DNA of 64,000 nt. Origin: Caecitellus pseudoparvulus. Its lineage: Eukaryota > Protista > Bigyra: Bicosoecida. The stretch lies in assembly GCA_965644315.1 (NCBI GenBank), contig CBFFRQ010000030.1, positions 617,083 to 681,082 of the forward strand, written 5' to 3'. This document shows, in pieces, positions 60,801-64,000 of this stretch. The notes under the pieces are model-generated. The model saw only the letters and a list, made by a program, of their open reading frames with translations, was not told the origin of the DNA and did not search any database. How positions within the stretch are numbered: position 1 is the stretch's first letter; each line of letters begins with the position of its first letter. Position numbers and translations under genes: made by a program.

Positions 60801-63472
60801 GCGGGGAGCTGTACGGGGGCGTGTTCTGCCAGCCCTGCCGTGAGGGCTACTTCAAGTCTGTCCCTGGCAACACCGTCCGGTGCTCTCCATGCGGAGACGG
60901 CAAATTCTCTCGCTCAGACGGTATTGGATGCGACGACTGCCCCAACGAGGGTGTTCTCTGCGTGGCGGGCAACTTGCAGCTCGTGCGCGGGTTCTGGTGC
61001 GAAACTTGCCTTGTGGAGGACGACGTGACGCCCACCATGGTCACGGCCGCAGCGACCCGCCTGAACAGGACCGCCCTGTCCTCGCGCAACAGTCGCAGTC
61101 TGCAGGAAGTCGCCCCTGCGGACGACGACACAGAGGCCGCCGTGGTGGCGGAGCTGACAAGCAACGAAGTCTCCACGGGCACGAGCTTCTTTGCTTGCAT
61201 CCCTGAGGAAGCCTGCGAGCCTGCGCGCAACAATACCGCCGTCCAGTGCCGGGAGGGGCACTCGGGCATTCTCTGCTCTGAGTGTGAGGAAGGCTGGGCC
61301 AAGAGCAACCCGCAAGGACTCTGCTCCGAGTGCTGGCCCAGTGCCGCATCAGTGTCTCTGTCGGCGCTGCTCTTCTCCGTCATGTTTGGTCTGGTGTGCT
61401 ACATTGCGCTGAAGAAGCCCAGCTCCGGGGACAGCCTCACAACTGCTTTGCTGCGCATTGCGTCCACCTGGGCTCAGCTGGCTTCCCTGCTGCTCACAGC
61501 TCGCCTGCCCCCACGGTCCATCTTGGATGACGTCATCACTGTGCTGGGGGATGTTGCCGGAGGCGTGCCACTGCAGTCCAACCCTGTCCAGTGCACGTTC
61601 GGCGAGCTAGTCGGCTTTTACACGCGCTTCAACCTCTTCCTTTCCCTGCCGTTCATCTGCGTCGGCATGGGCCTCTTGCTGGGTGGGCTGTACCTCGCCT
61701 ACCGTCTCGCCACAGCCCCCGCCGCGCCTGCTGACAAGGACAGCGACGCAGCATCCCTACAGTCTGCGCGCTCCGATATCGACATCGATGACGCTGCCAG
61801 CGAGGAACCCGCTGCCCCTGGCCAGTCTGCACCAGGGAGTCTCCCCACTGGCGCCCCTGTCGGCGAGCCCAGCACTTCCGACGAAAGCGGGGCAGATGGG
61901 CTGGCCGGGGAGCCCCTGCAGCAGGAGGGGCAGCGGCCGCAAGTGGACGTCGCGGCAGAAGGCCCGACCATGGGGGAGCTGGCAGCGCCTGCCGTCGAGA
62001 CACCCAGCACGAGCCAAGTGGCAGGCGACGCGCCGGTGGACGAAGGCGAACCGACCCTGTGGGCTGCTGTGCGCCAGCGGGCCTCCAGGGCCACCCTTGT
62101 GCTGCTGTTCCTGGCACACTTTGCCGTGACCAAGGCGTGCCTGCTGTTGCTGGACGTCTTTGACGAGCCGCTCTTTGGTGCCATTCGCTTCCGCTCCGAC
62201 CTCAGGCACGGCGAGTTCGACGACGAGTTTGACAGCTCCCAGGCACTGGCCACCACTGGCCTGGTCGCCTTTGGCATCGGACTCCCAGTCGCGGCTGTCG
62301 TGCTCCTGTATTTTTACAGGTACGAGCTGGACCGCTCCTTCACCCGCGACACGTTCGGGTTCTTGTATGTGGGGTACCGCCTTGGCCCTGGCACGCGCAT
62401 GGGGTCTGCGAGGGCCTCAGCAGTCCTCCAAGAAGTGCAGGAGAATGACGCGTGGAGCAAGTACCGCCCCAAGGCGTGTGGCGGGCTCTGGCAGTGGCTG
62501 CTGGGAGATGACGACGAGGAGTTCTCAGACGACGAAGACGAGCTGGGCGAAACCATGGTGGGCGCCCACATTGTGCACCCCAGCTCAGGCGAAGCAGCGG
62601 CCGGTGAATCCAAGGCAGGCGCTGCCGCAGCAGGAGCCTCTCTGAGCGCTGGAGAGGGTGACTCGGACGGAGAGGACGGCGACCCCATCCCTGCCGGCGG
62701 AGTGGCCTCCAAAACGGGCGCCATCATCACCGACGACGAAGCAGCTGCGTTGAGCAACACCGGGTACTACGCGTGGGAAGCAGTCATCGTCGCCCGGAAA
62801 ATCCTCATGACCACCGTCTCAGTGACGGTGCGGGCACCCTTCACCCAGTCCGCTCTCATGGTCATGATCCTCACAGGCTCCCTCTGCTTGCACGTGTCCC
62901 AGATGCCGTACTCCTCCCTGCTCCTGAACGTAGCAGAGACTCTGGCCCTCATCGTCCTCTGGATCTCGGCCATGTCGGGCGTCGTGCTGTATGAGGGCGG
63001 GGAGCTGGGCGACGAGACTGCCGAGAGCGTGCGGGCCCTCATCGTCTTCTCAAACGTCGTCCTCATGATGTACTTCGCATTCATTGTCCTCTACGCCCTC
63101 TCTGCCGCAGTGCGCAGGTGGGCCATCAGCCAGTACACCTCCTTCGCCAAGTCCACATTCAAGGCTGGCGGAAGCAGCACGCCCTCGTTGGCATCCTGGG
63201 GCCGATCCGCCTGGGGCTCAACGTTCCTGTCATCCCCGCCGCGCAAACAGCAGCAGGCCTTTGAAGCGAAAGAGGGCGAAGCCTTCCACCCCGGCGAGCT
63301 CAAGGAAGCCCCCCCAGCCCTTGCAAGCGCGGCTGGCGAAGAACTCGCCGGGCACACCAGCTCTGACAGCGACTCGGATGGCTCTCATGCTGATAGTGCC
63401 CCTCAGACAACTGGGCAAGCTTGGGCAGGACCGGCACCAGAGCATGAAGTCGTCGTGCCTGTCAAACCCTGA
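57848..63472 (+). CDS. Large signal-peptide-bearing surface protein: Ig-like array, filamin-type Ig, Cys-rich ephrin-receptor-like repeats and a multipass TM domain; probable intron 57909-58178
   Basis: Signal peptide MRCTTLVLCSVALSAAFATA. Filamin-like LRDRYG...PTKVG...V.LDG.PV.G..SP..VEVLP. Cys repeats CQPCREGYFK...CSPCGDGKFS...CDDCP and CREGHSGILCSECEEGW. TM domain with FGFLYVGYR, YYAWEAVIVARK and PYSSLLLNVAE, typical of a widespread protist multipass family. Confidence 0.8.
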   Translation: MRCTTLVLCSVALSAAFATAGTFTWSGVQPAQRAAVAGTGAARSWRAAPGQGKDSSAQGRGGGVRMYHALFVMSGFGLRMRGCEGSLAGVPSAATSCTLLHATPRTPSRTEEARPRELFFDFVQDAGSSAASGGFWEQAPPVVVSLLSRASMDAVDTLSNASSAFPRDPVTGVYANTQFTSPLYPQYRRSDVWQVMTGAPASTVIIPSLVVTDTATAPSLARTSPQVVGIACGDETYGSTGSSGWWDAYAPCASPATWFSGTATEVVTPNTAPAAPSAGRVAWAASTITLTLGQGPLPATPSDALATIEAPPAPPKYGATLPLTLTIAGRTGKEVKVLVTLQVVPMVQPPLPADLQQVYGGIDSAGRFPLSVTPGYVELHWVASPPGSSAAAPSQPGTIHVDVAVPADANDWLLYRPADTPDWVTAINVQALGDTRVLGADRGVVKRVTITVDASAKPAGFSDHITLAMSPNVTGVDGSGILVDVDGTITVETLPPTPLSFTAQLTVLSSIAAPDEASLFTSLVPEGNTSRVLRFFNTGRLPVDYRMFVDSHNALVAAGNPAGWLEMGGAVDSFTRVGYGVVQPYSEVRIPLNVLAPGNTTTPTARKTDLVFDANAHFVGTDGVQARELDSAGNPGSTAVAMELESVDTPSPRPVSGALQLTIPVSLQVSLYTIWPQEAVFTLSPESSDVIIFELLNMAPIYNLELVIAKSQGSPEWLKILLPAEDPDGKTRVTLTTDGRLGSMWLQGANVPGVTGQPFPNHLLEPGVYKTAVEITSRVLPDSPGYSNLDTTPGLGSEVREVPVTLNVVVGAAAPETTELHPDRPLNPTFKVIANDAGPHQLELRLRDRYGFGPPVPTIPEVSLLSTASADTVGVGDIDVVVRPVVGGEVTVDIIPTKVGRVAVEVSLDGAPVEGHVRSPILVEVLPAQCDVAADGEPAHSAQHVLSANGMECLCSAGWERVNLGDSNATVSQAAALDGESSPVSGELYGGVFCQPCREGYFKSVPGNTVRCSPCGDGKFSRSDGIGCDDCPNEGVLCVAGNLQLVRGFWCETCLVEDDVTPTMVTAAATRLNRTALSSRNSRSLQEVAPADDDTEAAVVAELTSNEVSTGTSFFACIPEEACEPARNNTAVQCREGHSGILCSECEEGWAKSNPQGLCSECWPSAASVSLSALLFSVMFGLVCYIALKKPSSGDSLTTALLRIASTWAQLASLLLTARLPPRSILDDVITVLGDVAGGVPLQSNPVQCTFGELVGFYTRFNLFLSLPFICVGMGLLLGGLYLAYRLATAPAAPADKDSDAASLQSARSDIDIDDAASEEPAAPGQSAPGSLPTGAPVGEPSTSDESGADGLAGEPLQQEGQRPQVDVAAEGPTMGELAAPAVETPSTSQVAGDAPVDEGEPTLWAAVRQRASRATLVLLFLAHFAVTKACLLLLDVFDEPLFGAIRFRSDLRHGEFDDEFDSSQALATTGLVAFGIGLPVAAVVLLYFYRYELDRSFTRDTFGFLYVGYRLGPGTRMGSARASAVLQEVQENDAWSKYRPKACGGLWQWLLGDDDEEFSDDEDELGETMVGAHIVHPSSGEAAAGESKAGAAAAGASLSAGEGDSDGEDGDPIPAGGVASKTGAIITDDEAAALSNTGYYAWEAVIVARKILMTTVSVTVRAPFTQSALMVMILTGSLCLHVSQMPYSSLLLNVAETLALIVLWISAMSGVVLYEGGELGDETAESVRALIVFSNVVLMMYFAFIVLYALSAAVRRWAISQYTSFAKSTFKAGGSSTPSLASWGRSAWGSTFLSSPPRKQQQAFEAKEGEAFHPGELKEAPPALASAAGEELAGHTSSDSDSDGSHADSAPQTTGQAWAGPAPEHEVVVPVKP

Positions 63473-64000
63473 GCGCCTGCAACAATGCACGGTTTTGAGA
63501 AAGGCAAGAAGCCGAGACGGCGCGCTGGTCACGATCACCCCCGTTATTCTGTTTTCGGGGCGCGTAGTGAGGAGCGGAGTGTGATTTGGGGAGTATATAG
63601 AATCGTGGGGCGAACGGTCGCTTCGAATTCACTCGAAGTTGACAGCACTTGCAATCAGTTGCAGCGCACAATGAAGTAAAGATTTGCCGCATTTTGCAGG
63701 TCTCGAGAAATGACAGCCTGGTACATTAAACAGAGCTTCTCGAAGTCTCGATGAACTGTTCGCGTCTATGCAGGAGCGCCCTGCAACGGAGCGGGCTTCC
63801 GTTTCACTTCGCCCATGCCAGACTCGCCGAGACGACGCCCAGCTCAGCAGCGTTGAGTGGGAGCGCCAACAGCACCCCTTTTCCATGCTGGGGCGGTAGC
63901 TAACTTCGACCCAGAGCTGCCCGAGTGGTCCTTATAGTGCAGCCAGACAGTCCAAGGGGCTGTGCGTGAGATGAATCGAGCATGCCCAGCACGGCCATCA

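Noticed and set aside
63473-64000. Short ORFs and small TCGA-rich palindromes at the window end
   Set aside because: No coherent gene model or RNA fold can be supported; probably intergenic or the start of a gene beyond the window.

Overview
Gene-dense, GC-rich eukaryotic nuclear DNA from a flagellated protist. Evidence: about 25 short GT-AG introns that restore conserved reading frames, an axonemal dynein, Vps18, ALG2 and a Pol III tRNA. A heterotrophic stramenopile-like flagellate is a guess only. I modelled 19 protein genes and one tRNA-Asp(GUC) by hand: USP37-like deubiquitinase (5'-truncated), LipB, PPAT, VAT-1-like oxidoreductase, DDX51/Dbp6, a multi-repeat SPFH protein, a giant STRA6-family membrane protein, a Zc3h12a-like NYN RNase, ALG2, an SRSF1-like RRM protein, a tandem glycosyltransferase-like protein, a 90-aa membrane protein, two orphans, Vps18, an At3g27390-like membrane protein, CnoX/YbbN, DNAH10, Fused/STK36 and a large Ig/Cys-rich multipass receptor-like protein. 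No transposon, CRISPR array or rRNA is visible. The three strongest leads are: (1) a STRA6 (retinol-uptake receptor family) domain fused to about 1,400 aa of invasin-type Ig repeats; (2) an SPFH protein with about seven tandem beta-repeats in a vacuolin/vault-like layout; (3) an alphaproteobacterial-type chaperedoxin CnoX that gains a mitochondrial-type presequence through a spliced first exon. All family assignments come from recalled motifs, not database searches, and exon models are manual predictions.
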